This document shows positions 36,383 through 44,548 of a stretch of 64,000 bases of DNA, piece after piece. A program made the translations under genes and the position numbers. How positions within the stretch are numbered: position 1 is the stretch's first letter; every line of letters starts with the position of its first letter. The DNA comes from an uncultured virus (IMG/VR IMGVR_UViG_3300031998_000018) (Duplodnaviria; Heunggongvirae; Uroviricota; Caudoviricetes), in the IMG/VR virus record IMGVR_UViG_3300031998_000018; one strand, written 5' to 3'. The notes under the pieces are model-generated. The model worked only from the letters and a program-made list of their open reading frames with translations, had not been told where the DNA came from and ran no database searches.

Positions 36383-36863
36383 AGTCTCTAGGGCGGGACT
36401 TTAAACTAGTCTCTTTAGAGGACAAAACAGGGTCTGCTCCGTATGTGCTCTGATGGCAGAGTCCTCATAAAAATAAACAGGCAGAGAGAAGTACGGCTGT
36501 GGCTATTGGCTTGCCACTTAAAATATGATGCCAGCCTAGTGGTATGCGGCTACCACTATAATAGGTGCCGACCCGCGATCATCGTGTTCTGAGATCCCCC
36601 GATGCAGACGAGTAGGCGTCTGGCCTTCATCTCGAGTGAATGGCAAAATCCTATGCGGAAGGAAATCAGACAAGAACTGCAGATCTTGTCGGTAGGGGAT
36701 AGCAACTATGAGGTGGTTTCTATTAGTTGCGTAATATCCGGTAGAGTTAGACAAAGACGGACCTAGGCGTCGATGACTAATTGGCGCATTATAACCAAAT
36801 AATGCGTTTTCTTTATCGGGAAATCTTCCGTAAAAGGATACGGATTATTGGAGGTAGGAATCC

Positions 36864-37160
36864 ATGAAGTATTACAGCGAACTAACTCACAAGGTGTATG
36901 ACACGGAAAAATCTCTAACTGAAGCCGAGGATGAATTCAACAAGGCGCTAGCGGCCGAGGAAGAGAAAAAGTAGAACCGTGCGGCGCGTGCGAAGGAAGT
37001 TGAGCAGGCCGGAGAGGCTGTGCTTGAAGCCCAGAAGAAATACACCGAACTTCGCAACAAGTTCATTGAGGACTATGGATCTTTCCATATGTCCCTAACG
37101 AGGAAAACCACTGTCCCTCAAGACTTTGGTGCCCTTGTTGACTGGTTCTTCAACTTCTGA
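36864..37160 (+). CDS. Hypothetical coiled-coil protein (code 15)
   Basis: GGAGG RBS, MKYYSELT..., one TAG, ends TGA; missing from ORF track. Confidence 0.65.
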
Positions 37161-37197
37161 TTAACTCAAAAGGGTGTGGCGCAAGCCCACCCGATTT

Positions 37198-37271
37198 AGG
37201 GATATGGTGTAATGGAAGCACATGACACTTTGACTGTTACGGTAGTAGTTCGAGCCTACTTGTCCCTGCCA
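37198..37271 (+). tRNA. tRNA-Gln(TTG)
   Basis: TGACA-CTTTGAC-TGTTA, G73, CCA. Confidence 0.85.
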
Positions 37272-37294
37272 TCAATACAACAAAGGAGTTAATT

Positions 37295-37627
37295 ATGAGT
37301 CGTTATAAGTTTATTGTTACTGGCGATAAAGTAATCTGCCTGTCTAGATATGCTGGGCGCGTAGTACGCGGTATCGCTACCTGTTCACCGAATGATCGTT
37401 TTGATGAGGATTTCGGCAAAAAGTTGGCTCAGGCGCGGTGTGATCTTAAGGTTGCAATGAAGCGCTATAGCCGAGCTATGAAGGTCAAAAATGAGGCAGA
37501 GACTGAATTATACAAGGCAAACGAAGTCGCTGAAAGAGCGTGGGGTTATGTCTGGGATGCCGAAGAGGAATTCGATAATGCCACAACTCACCTTCAGGAG
37601 TTACTGTATAGCGAAAGCAATAAGTAA
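37295..37627 (+). CDS. Hypothetical phage protein
   Basis: AAGGAG RBS; A.CSPND.FDE..GK.LA..R motif. Confidence 0.65.
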   Translation: MSRYKFIVTGDKVICLSRYAGRVVRGIATCSPNDRFDEDFGKKLAQARCDLKVAMKRYSRAMKVKNEAETELYKANEVAERAWGYVWDAEEEFDNATTHLQELLYSESNK

Positions 37628-37736
37628 TTTTGACTTTTTGAGAAAAATATGATATAATATTTATAGAAAATGAGAGAGAAATGTGGCTTAGTGGCCAGAC
37701 GACGTTAAATAAAAGGCAAAGTAAATCATGATTTAT

Positions 37737-37820
37737 GCTGATGTCGCATAGTGGCCGATTGCACCTGCCTTGTAAGCAGGAGGGAAACCCGCGTGTGTTC
37801 GAATCACACCATCAGCTCCA
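37737..37820 (+). tRNA. tRNA-Thr(TGT) with an extended variable arm
   Basis: CCTGC-CTTGTAA-GCAGG; GGG-AAA-CCC variable hairpin; CCA. Confidence 0.8.
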
Positions 37821-38015
37821 AAACGGTCTAATATTTGCCAGTTCGCAAGCTGCACTCTTGCGTGAGACCTGTGCAGAGGTCAAAAGGTGTGCAACTACCT
37901 TAAAAGAGAACGCCAGACTTCCCGTCTGTCAAGGGGAAAAGAACAGGTCAAACACTCCTATCCCGTCACCAGCACTCAAGGGCATGAGGAAGAGTCAGGT
38001 TTAAAGGGGTCATTA

Positions 38016-38089
38016 GTCGCATTAGTTTAACAGTAAAACGGCGCGTTGCCAACGCGCAGTCGCGGGACCGGCACCCGCATGTGGCTCCA
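38016..38089 (+). tRNA. tRNA-Gly(GCC), non-canonical D and T loops
   Basis: GCGCG-TTGCCAA-CGCGC, U73, CCA; T loop ACCGGCA, D loop lacks GG. Confidence 0.7.
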
Positions 38090-38126
38090 ATCAGAAATAA
38101 TGGTAATCTCTACCCAATTTCTATTT

Positions 38127-38174
38127 AAGACACTTACAGCAATTCGACTATGGATTCTTGGTTTTTGTGTCTTG
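38127..38174 (+). ncRNA. ACAGCAA-motif small RNA, copy B
   Basis: AAGACAC-TTACAGCAA...GTGTCTT. Confidence 0.6.
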
Positions 38175-38198
38175 CTTTATTAAAGGAGAAATTAACTA

Positions 38199-39773
38199 AT
38201 GAACTTCCTCGATGAACTTAAACGCGTAAACAATCAAACAGTTACAGAGAATGGTGCCGGCGCTCTTCGTTCAACAATGAACGCGTGTCTGGATGCCTTC
38301 GGTTCGTTAGCGGCAATGCGTTTTGCCTCTGACGATGAAATCATCAAGACCTTCTTAAATGCTTTTTGGGAAGATCGTGCGCTAGCTATGCGCCTGCTCT
38401 TCTATGTAAGAGACGTGCGCGGTGGACAGGGAATGCGTAGAGTATTCAGAGTAATTGTCCAGTGGCTGGCTGACTATGCGCCGGAATATGTCGTCAATAA
38501 CCTTGATAACTTTTTGGTTTATGGCCGTGGCGACGACATCCTTTGCCTGCTTAATACAGGTATCAAAGATGATGTTATCCAGTGGGCAAAGAAACAGCTC
38601 TGCAAAGATCTGAATGACTGCTCCAATGGAAGGACTTGCTCGCTTCTTGCGAAGTGGCTACCTTCGGAGAATGCTTCATCTCAGACAACTCGTAAACTCG
38701 CGCGTGAATTCATTGCGGGGTTTGGTATAACCGCTAGGGCATACCGCATTATGCTGTCTCGGCTGAGGAACTACCTCAAGGTAGTCGAGTGCAAGATGTC
38801 GGCTAATGAATGGGATGAGATTGACTACAATATCGTCCCCTCCAAAGCGGGTATGAAGTATAGCCACGCTTTTGTCACTCACGATGCTGACGGGTATGTT
38901 TCGTGGCTTACCGGTCTGGCGGATGGATCTGCAAAAGTCAATGCAAAGGCGCTGTTCCCTGTGGACATCATCCACAAGGTGATGCGCAATGGCGACACTA
39001 TGCACGATCGCGTTCTCTATGACGCCATGTGGAAGGCTCTGCCTAACTACTTTGGCGACACAGAGGAAACCGGACTTTGTGTGGTGGATACCTCGGGATC
39101 GATGTATGGACTTCCTATGGAGGTTGCTATATCACTCGGTATATACTGCGCAGATAAGTGCCGTGGTCCGTTTGCTGGGCATTTCATCACCTTCTCTGCG
39201 GAGCCTCAACTTCAGCAGATTAAGGGTAAAGATATTCGGGATAAGGCCTTCTCGGTATATGATGCTGACTGGGGTATGAATACTAATCTCGAAGCAGTAT
39301 TCGATCTGATCCTGAAGACTGCTAAAGGATGCAATACTCCGGCAGAGGATATGCCTAAGAAACTGTATATCATCAGTGATATGCAGTTCGATCAGGCTCG
39401 TCTGCAAGAGGCCGTATTTTATGACTATATTCGCCGTAAATATGTCTACAGCAATGTAGACTCATTTATGGAGACAATGCGTCAGAAGTATGCGGCGGCC
39501 GGATATGAAATGCCCATTATCGTCTATTGGAATGTGCGTGGATCAAGGTGCGGTATGTTCCAGGCCACCTATGAGGGCGAGCAGTGCTGCATGGTGAGCG
39601 GCTATTCTCCTTCTCTATTCAAGGCGATCCTCGATGGCACAACCTATGAGGAAGTCGAGACAGTAGATGCCGAAGGCAATACGGTTACGACCGTTAAGGA
39701 GACAGTCGATCCTATGACAGTAATGCTCACAACCCTCAACGGGGAGAGATATGCTCCTGTCTGGGCGGGTTAA
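38199..39773 (+). CDS. DUF2828-family protein with C-terminal vWA domain (TROVE/Ro60-like architecture)
   Basis: TENGA, RDVRGGQG.R, AKWLPSE, VDTSGSM (MIDAS), FITFS, NTN, ISDMQFD, IVYWNV, VSGYS. Confidence 0.85.
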   Translation: MNFLDELKRVNNQTVTENGAGALRSTMNACLDAFGSLAAMRFASDDEIIKTFLNAFWEDRALAMRLLFYVRDVRGGQGMRRVFRVIVQWLADYAPEYVVNNLDNFLVYGRGDDILCLLNTGIKDDVIQWAKKQLCKDLNDCSNGRTCSLLAKWLPSENASSQTTRKLAREFIAGFGITARAYRIMLSRLRNYLKVVECKMSANEWDEIDYNIVPSKAGMKYSHAFVTHDADGYVSWLTGLADGSAKVNAKALFPVDIIHKVMRNGDTMHDRVLYDAMWKALPNYFGDTEETGLCVVDTSGSMYGLPMEVAISLGIYCADKCRGPFAGHFITFSAEPQLQQIKGKDIRDKAFSVYDADWGMNTNLEAVFDLILKTAKGCNTPAEDMPKKLYIISDMQFDQARLQEAVFYDYIRRKYVYSNVDSFMETMRQKYAAAGYEMPIIVYWNVRGSRCGMFQATYEGEQCCMVSGYSPSLFKAILDGTTYEEVETVDAEGNTVTTVKETVDPMTVMLTTLNGERYAPVWAG

Positions 39774-39884
39774 CCTACGTTTAAAGCGCGCGGCTGTCAT
39801 ATGATGAACATGAGAAAATGATTTTATGGTTTGTTAATGATTATGCGATGACAAGCCGCGCGCCCTCTACATAAAGAATTAACT

Positions 39885-39971
39885 AAGACGAGTACAGCAA
39901 CTCACTTCAAATGATTTTGTTCTTACAAAAAGCATAGGGAACCGCAAGGTTTCTTTTGAAAACTCGTCTTG
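39885..39971 (+). ncRNA. ACAGCAA-motif small RNA, copy C
   Basis: AAGACGAGT-ACAGCAA...ACTCGTCTT; internal GCAA tetraloop hairpin. Confidence 0.6.
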
Positions 39972-39976
39972 CTACT

Positions 39977-40040
39977 AAGGCACCACCAGCAATTATATCA
40001 AACACAGGGATGATCTGCTAAATCATTTAACGGTGTCTTG
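39977..40040 (+). ncRNA. ACAGCAA-motif small RNA, copy D
   Basis: AAGGCACC-ACCAGCAA...GGTGTCTT; internal ATGAT-CTGCTAA-ATCAT. Confidence 0.6.
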
Positions 40041-40069
40041 AATACATCATTTACACAAGGAGAACCACT

Positions 40070-40297
40070 ATGAAAAAGGTTTTCGCACTCTTACTTGGGA
40101 TCCTGATGGCCCTTACACTGTTCGTCGCTTGTGATAAGGGAGATAAGGAAGTTGAAACAACGGTAGAAGAAACGGTAGTCGAAACAGTCGAAGAAACTGT
40201 TGAGGAGACTGTTGAGGAGACTGTTGAGGAGACTGTTGAGGAGACTGTTGCTGATACTGCTGAAGCAACTACAGCCACAGCTACAACTGCTGGTTAA
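40070..40297 (+). CDS. Small lipoprotein with VEET repeats
   Basis: MKK signal, lipobox FVAC, GTTGAGGAGACT tandem repeats. Confidence 0.75.
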   Translation: MKKVFALLLGILMALTLFVACDKGDKEVETTVEETVVETVEETVEETVEETVEETVEETVADTAEATTATATTAG

Positions 40298-40405
40298 TTC
40301 AAGTTTGCCATAAAGCGACCGTGAAAACGGTCGTTTTGTGGTTCAAGAGAAATTGATTTTTCAGGAAAATTCTGATATAATATATATAGAAAATAAGAAA
40401 GAGGT

Positions 40406-40606
40406 ATGATTGAGATGGATAATGAGAATTCTGGATGTGGCTGCGTCGTGCCAACGATTGCTTCGCTTTCTATTACCTTCCTTATATTCAAACTCACTCA
40501 TGTAGTGAATTGGAGTTGGGGTTGGGTATTAGCACCGCTCTGGATCCCGATGGTTATCTTTCTGCTTCTAATAATCATCGCCTTGATTGTTGATATATTT
40601 AAATAA
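40406..40606 (+). CDS. Small membrane protein (paralog of 45065..45406)
   Basis: KLTHVVNWSWGWVLAPLW motif. Confidence 0.65.
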   Translation: MIEMDNENSGCGCVVPTIASLSITFLIFKLTHVVNWSWGWVLAPLWIPMVIFLLLIIIALIVDIFK

Positions 40607-40622
40607 GCAGTTTACTTATAAT

Positions 40623-40709
40623 GGAAGGGTACCCAAGTGGTCGAAGGGAGTGGTCTACTAAACCACCAGGCCCGTAAGGGCGCGTGTGTTCGAATCACAC
40701 CATCAGCTC
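40623..40709 (+). pseudogene. Chimeric tRNA: Ser(ACT)-type 5' part with the T arm and 3' strand of tRNA-Thr
   Basis: 3' GCGTGTGTTCGAATCACACCATCAGCTC identical to the 3' end of 37737..37820; acceptor strands do not pair. Confidence 0.65.
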
Positions 40710-40762
40710 GGCATCAATAGACAAGCCTTCTCGTGGCGATGCTGTTTTTTACTAATTGTCTA
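40710..40762 (+). ncRNA. Minimal HDV-like (theta) ribozyme
   Basis: P1 GGCATC/GATGCT with G.U at +1, P2 TAGACAA/TTGTCTA, P3 GCC/GGC, L3 TTCTCGT, J4/2 CTAA; directly after a tRNA 3' end. Confidence 0.8.
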
Positions 40763-40774
40763 AATATTTCTTAT

Positions 40775-40848
40775 GCGCCATTCGTATAGCGGTAGTATAG
40801 AAGCCTTCCAAGCTTCGGGTATGGGTTCGGCTCCCATATGGCGCTCCA
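40775..40848 (+). tRNA. tRNA-Gly(TCC)
   Basis: GAAGC-CTTCCAA-GCTTC, CCA. Confidence 0.9.
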
Positions 40849-40955
40849 GACGCGGCTTGGCTGACTGAGGGACCGCATTAAGTGGAGTCATGACCACATC
40901 CCTTGCCTGTGAAGAATACTGGCGGAAATCACAATAATAACTAAGCCAGGCATGC

Positions 40956-41029
40956 GCAGTATTAGTTTAGTGGTAGAACAACGCATTGCCATCGCGTAAG
41001 CACGAGTTCAACTCTCGTATATTGCTCCA
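40956..41029 (+). tRNA. tRNA-Gly(GCC)
   Basis: TTGCCAT loop, U73, CCA. Confidence 0.85.
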
Positions 41030-41319
41030 AGCGGTCTACTGACTTGAGTGCTAGGACGTAGACACCCGGTAGATGAAACTCACATCTTGATCGGGGGTGC
41101 CAGTTGAAACCTCTTAAAGCCCGTTTTTCACGGTCTGGGGCATAAAGATGATAAATCTGGCGTGGCGGCTACCATTGTACTAATGCTGCCTAATTCGTAA
41201 ATTGATGATAAGTCTATTGTAAGCAGTATGTATTACTGTCACCCAATAGCGGTTGTTTGCGGACGGCGATCCCCAGCCGCTGAGAATGGAATGGGGATTT
41301 TTATTGAAAGGATAAGCTT

Positions 41320-41997
41320 ATGTATAAACATCTTTACAACCAGTTTAGCCATTGGTATCATGGCGGTGGCATTTGGCTTTACTCTGATCCACATTTTGGT
41401 GATGAAGAAATGCGTCATATTCGGGGCTGTATTTCAGATGAAGAGCAGGTTCAGCGTATCAATCGGCGTGTTACTAAAAACGATACTCTTATTATCCTTG
41501 GCGATGTCGGAGATACTGAATATGTCAAACAATTGCACGGTTATAAAATCTTAATTATGGGCAATCATGACGCCGGCGCTAGTAACTATCAACGTATTCG
41601 TACGGATGAGGTAAGAGAAGGGTCTTATGAGTATGTTCCAGATTATGAAAAGATAGGTACAAATGAATTTCGTGGTGCTCATATTTGGAAAGAAGTCATA
41701 ACTCAACCTGCTTTTGACAATCATCTTTTTGATGAAGTTTATGAAGGTCCGTTATTCATCTCCGATAGGATCCTTTTAAGCCACGAGCCGATCGACTTCC
41801 CATACGCTCTTAATATTCACGGTCATGATCATGGCCGGCGTTATGTAGAGGGCGATGTAACACATTGCAACGTTTGTGCAGAATGGATTGCCTATACTCC
41901 AGTAAACTTAAAGTGGATTATTGAAAGCGGTCGGATGAAACTTATTCCTTCTCTGCATCGAGCCACGATTGATGCGGTGATAGCCAGAAAATCTTGA
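41320..41997 (+). CDS. Calcineurin-like metallophosphoesterase
   Basis: SDPH, LGD, GNHD, SHEP, HGHDH. Confidence 0.85.
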   Translation: MYKHLYNQFSHWYHGGGIWLYSDPHFGDEEMRHIRGCISDEEQVQRINRRVTKNDTLIILGDVGDTEYVKQLHGYKILIMGNHDAGASNYQRIRTDEVREGSYEYVPDYEKIGTNEFRGAHIWKEVITQPAFDNHLFDEVYEGPLFISDRILLSHEPIDFPYALNIHGHDHGRRYVEGDVTHCNVCAEWIAYTPVNLKWIIESGRMKLIPSLHRATIDAVIARKS

Positions 41998-42051
41998 CTT
42001 TTCTATAAAATTCTGCTATAATATATATAGAAAATAAAAAGTGGCTTTCGT

Positions 42052-42140
42052 GGGGAGATACCCAAGAGGTCGAAGGGAGCGGTCTACTAAACCGCCAGGC
42101 CGGTAACGGTGCCTGGGTTCGAATCCCAGTCTCCCCGCCA
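42052..42140 (+). tRNA. tRNA-Ser(ACT), A34
   Basis: GCGGT-CTACTAA-ACCGC, long variable arm, G73, CCA. Confidence 0.85.
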
Positions 42141-42143
42141 TAT

Positions 42144-42220
42144 GGTTCAGTAGTTTAGTCGGTTAGAACACTAGCCTGTCACGCTAGAGATCACGAGTTC
42201 GATTCTCGTCTGAATCGCCA
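42144..42220 (+). tRNA. tRNA-Asp(GTC)
   Basis: CTAGC-CTGTCAC-GCTAG, CCA. Confidence 0.9.
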
Positions 42221-42538
42221 AGTAGGGAGTGCTTTAACATTGCTGATTTTCACTTCCACTGGTATCACCAGCAAAAACAAACGAAATCCGGCAGGGTGCA
42301 TTGAGGCTCGGCCGCTGACCAAAGCAGTAACCGTCCAGTTCATGAACGAAGGTTGGCAAACCTCGCTTCGGCGAAAGTTTCCAAATCGTATTTGAGCGAT
42401 ATGGGTTCGAATCCCATACGACCCCGAAATGGAGTCGTTAGTTTATAAAAAGTGTCGGCGCAGAATAACTCAATACGATCGAGCTGGCCAGAGCCGAGTG
42501 CAGAAAGCTCGTTAAACACGGGGTTACGGCATTTCTAT

Positions 42539-42613
42539 GACTCGTTAGTCGAGAGGCCAAGACGCTACCCCTTCACGGTGGAGACAGCGGTTCGAGTCCG
42601 CTACGAGTTACCA
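42539..42613 (+). tRNA. tRNA-Glu(TTC)
   Basis: CCTTCAC loop (C33), CCA. Confidence 0.85.
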
Positions 42614-42909
42614 TTGTCCTATACTTAAGTCTGAAGCATTGATGAACCCTATGATGCTCAAGATGAAACACTTAGTGGTTGAGTGGCTGACTTAAGTTTA
42701 GTGGACAAAAAAAATCTGATGGATGTACCGACATCTGCGCTCGAGGGCCGGGGCAACGAGTGAAAAGAAAGTCCCCAGAAAAGTTTTCGGAAATAACTGT
42801 AAACCGGCATAGAGTTCAAGGGTTTGGCGGTCGTGCCCCTCGGTTGTAAGTGGGAAACGAGAAGGACCACGCATGGAAATGAACGGAAGTGTGAAAAACC
42901 GCCATATTT

Positions 42910-42986
42910 GGCTCATTAGCTCAGTCGGTCAGAGCGAGTGACTGTTAATCATTAGGTCATAGGTTCAAGTCCTATATGAGCCTCCA
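42910..42986 (+). tRNA. tRNA-Asn(GTT)
   Basis: CTGTTAA loop, CCA. Confidence 0.9.
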
Positions 42987-43445
42987 TAGGTGGCCCGCCT
43001 AAATGGGCTAGTCGGGAGAGGACTAACTATTCTCTTTGATGAAAACTTGTAATATGAGGTGTATCTCAACCATTATAGATTTTTTTAAATCCTAATCTAC
43101 GACTTGAGTTAGAGAAGCGTGAGATGAAATAGATTAGGTGAGTCACTTAAAGGGTTCATAGAATAAGCAAAGTCTTGATTATCTTGTCCGTTTTCCTCCT
43201 AAAAATAACAGATCATTTATTTCAAGACGGAAGTGAATACCAATCAGCGTTACGAGGTTAGGTTGGTGGCGCAGGGTAGAAAGATAAGTTCCTCCTGCAA
43301 GTAGAACAAGAAGTGGTTTCCCTTTAAGTGACATCTAAATAAATAAATCAAGGTGCTACGACAGTCCGCGAGAGACCTTTGATATGGTACGGGATAGTGA
43401 AACGCTGTAGTTAAATGGTATTTGACAAACAGCCCTATTATATAC

Positions 43446-43539
43446 ACCCACGTAGCTCAACGGTAGAGCCTGTTGCTTGGGAACGGTATATGCAACATAA
43501 ACGCGTTCGATGTGGGTTCGAATCCCACGGTGGGTACCA
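43446..43539 (+). ncRNA. tRNA-like RNA with enlarged anticodon loop
   Basis: Normal D arm, T arm and CCA, but TGTTGC/GCAACA stem closes a 15-nt loop. Confidence 0.55.
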
Positions 43540-43700
43540 AAATTAAAGAGAAGCGAATGGTGGAATTTATCCCTTTCGCGAAGGGATACCGCAGAAACCT
43601 CACTGCATAGGGGAGTGCGCATTACGCCTATGAAAGTCAGGAATAACGGATTTCTCTTTAATTCACTTTGGGCTGCTCGAAAGAGCCGGGTCCACCTTTC

Positions 43701-43828
43701 GTGATATAGTGGCGGAATAGGTAGACGCTAATTACAAGGGCATGATAGAGAATACAGATATGGTTCAATTCCATAATGCCATTGGTTCTCTGTATATCAT
43801 ATAAGGTGCAAATCCTTATCTATATCAC
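43701..43828 (+). ncRNA. tRNA-like RNA with long insertion in place of anticodon arm
   Basis: GTGATATAG/CTATATCAC acceptor, Leu-type D arm TGGCGGAATAGGTAGACGC, T-like arm TAAGG-TGCAAAT-CCTTA. Confidence 0.5.
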
Positions 43829-43836
43829 AATTTTAT

Positions 43837-43912
43837 CGGGTATTAGCGCAGTTGGTAGCGCGCGTGATTTGGGATCATGAGGTCGGGAGTTCAAGTCTCT
43901 CATATCCGACCA
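43837..43912 (+). tRNA. tRNA-Pro(TGG)
   Basis: TTTGGGA loop, CCA. Confidence 0.9.
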
Positions 43913-44216
43913 GGCCATTGTAGCATAAAAGGCCCCGTTCTCTGGCGGAGGGAACAGAAACATCCACCTGGGCAAGCAGAGAGATAACCGTTGCTACGCG
44001 GGAAGTGCTCCAGAGTCTGCTACCTCTATAGATAAATTTTGGTAGACAAGTATTAAAAGTCAGGAAGATAATAGAGTAGATAAGTGGGGACACGTTGAGA
44101 TCCACCTCAACAGGGTTAGATGACCCAGTACCAAGGATGTGCAACCCCGCCCTACCCGTGTGATTGAACTGAAAGCGCGCAGCGACTGCACACCCATAAT
44201 TTATCTATATTTTTAT

Positions 44217-44293
44217 ATCGGGATGACGCAACTGGCAGCCGTATTGGTCTTAGAAACCAAGTTTTGTGGGTTCGATTCCCACTCCCGATACCA
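44217..44293 (+). tRNA. tRNA-Leu(TAG), short variable arm
   Basis: TTGGT-CTTAGAA-ACCAA, A73, CCA. Confidence 0.8.
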
Positions 44294-44296
44294 TAT

Positions 44297-44373
44297 GTGT
44301 CATTAGCTCAGTTGGCTAGAGCACGAAACTTTTAATTTTGAGGCCCGCAGTTCAAATCTGCGATGACACACCA
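44297..44373 (+). tRNA. tRNA-Lys(TTT)
   Basis: CTTTTAA loop, CCA. Confidence 0.9.
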
Positions 44374-44376
44374 TAT

Positions 44377-44452
44377 GTTCCATTGGCGCAATTGGTAGCG
44401 CAGCAGATTCTTAATCTGAAGGTTCAGGGTTCGATTCCCTGATGGAGCACCA
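44377..44452 (+). tRNA. tRNA-Lys(CTT)
   Basis: TTCTTAA loop, CCA. Confidence 0.9.
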
Positions 44453-44457
44453 AACAT

Positions 44458-44543
44458 CGGTAGGTGGCAGAGCGGTCGATTGCGGCGGGCTGTAAACCCG
44501 TTCCCTAAAAAGCACGGTGGTTCGAATCCATCTCTACCGACCA
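44458..44543 (+). tRNA. tRNA-Tyr(GTA) with C1:G72
   Basis: CGGTAGG/TCTACCG acceptor, CTGTAAA loop, CCA. Confidence 0.85.
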
Positions 44544-44548
44544 AATAT

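Noticed and set aside
37681..37730. Pistol ribozyme (GTGGCTTAGTGGCCA...CGTTAAATA)
   Set aside because: Resembles the 5' part only; no downstream pseudoknot partner or P3 found
42385..42480. Two-piece tmRNA
   Set aside because: No CCA end, Ala G3.U70 identity or tag reading frame recognised; kept only as a tRNA-like module
44217..44293. tRNA with TAG anticodon as a stop suppressor
   Set aside because: Anticodon TAG reads CTA (Leu), not the amber codon
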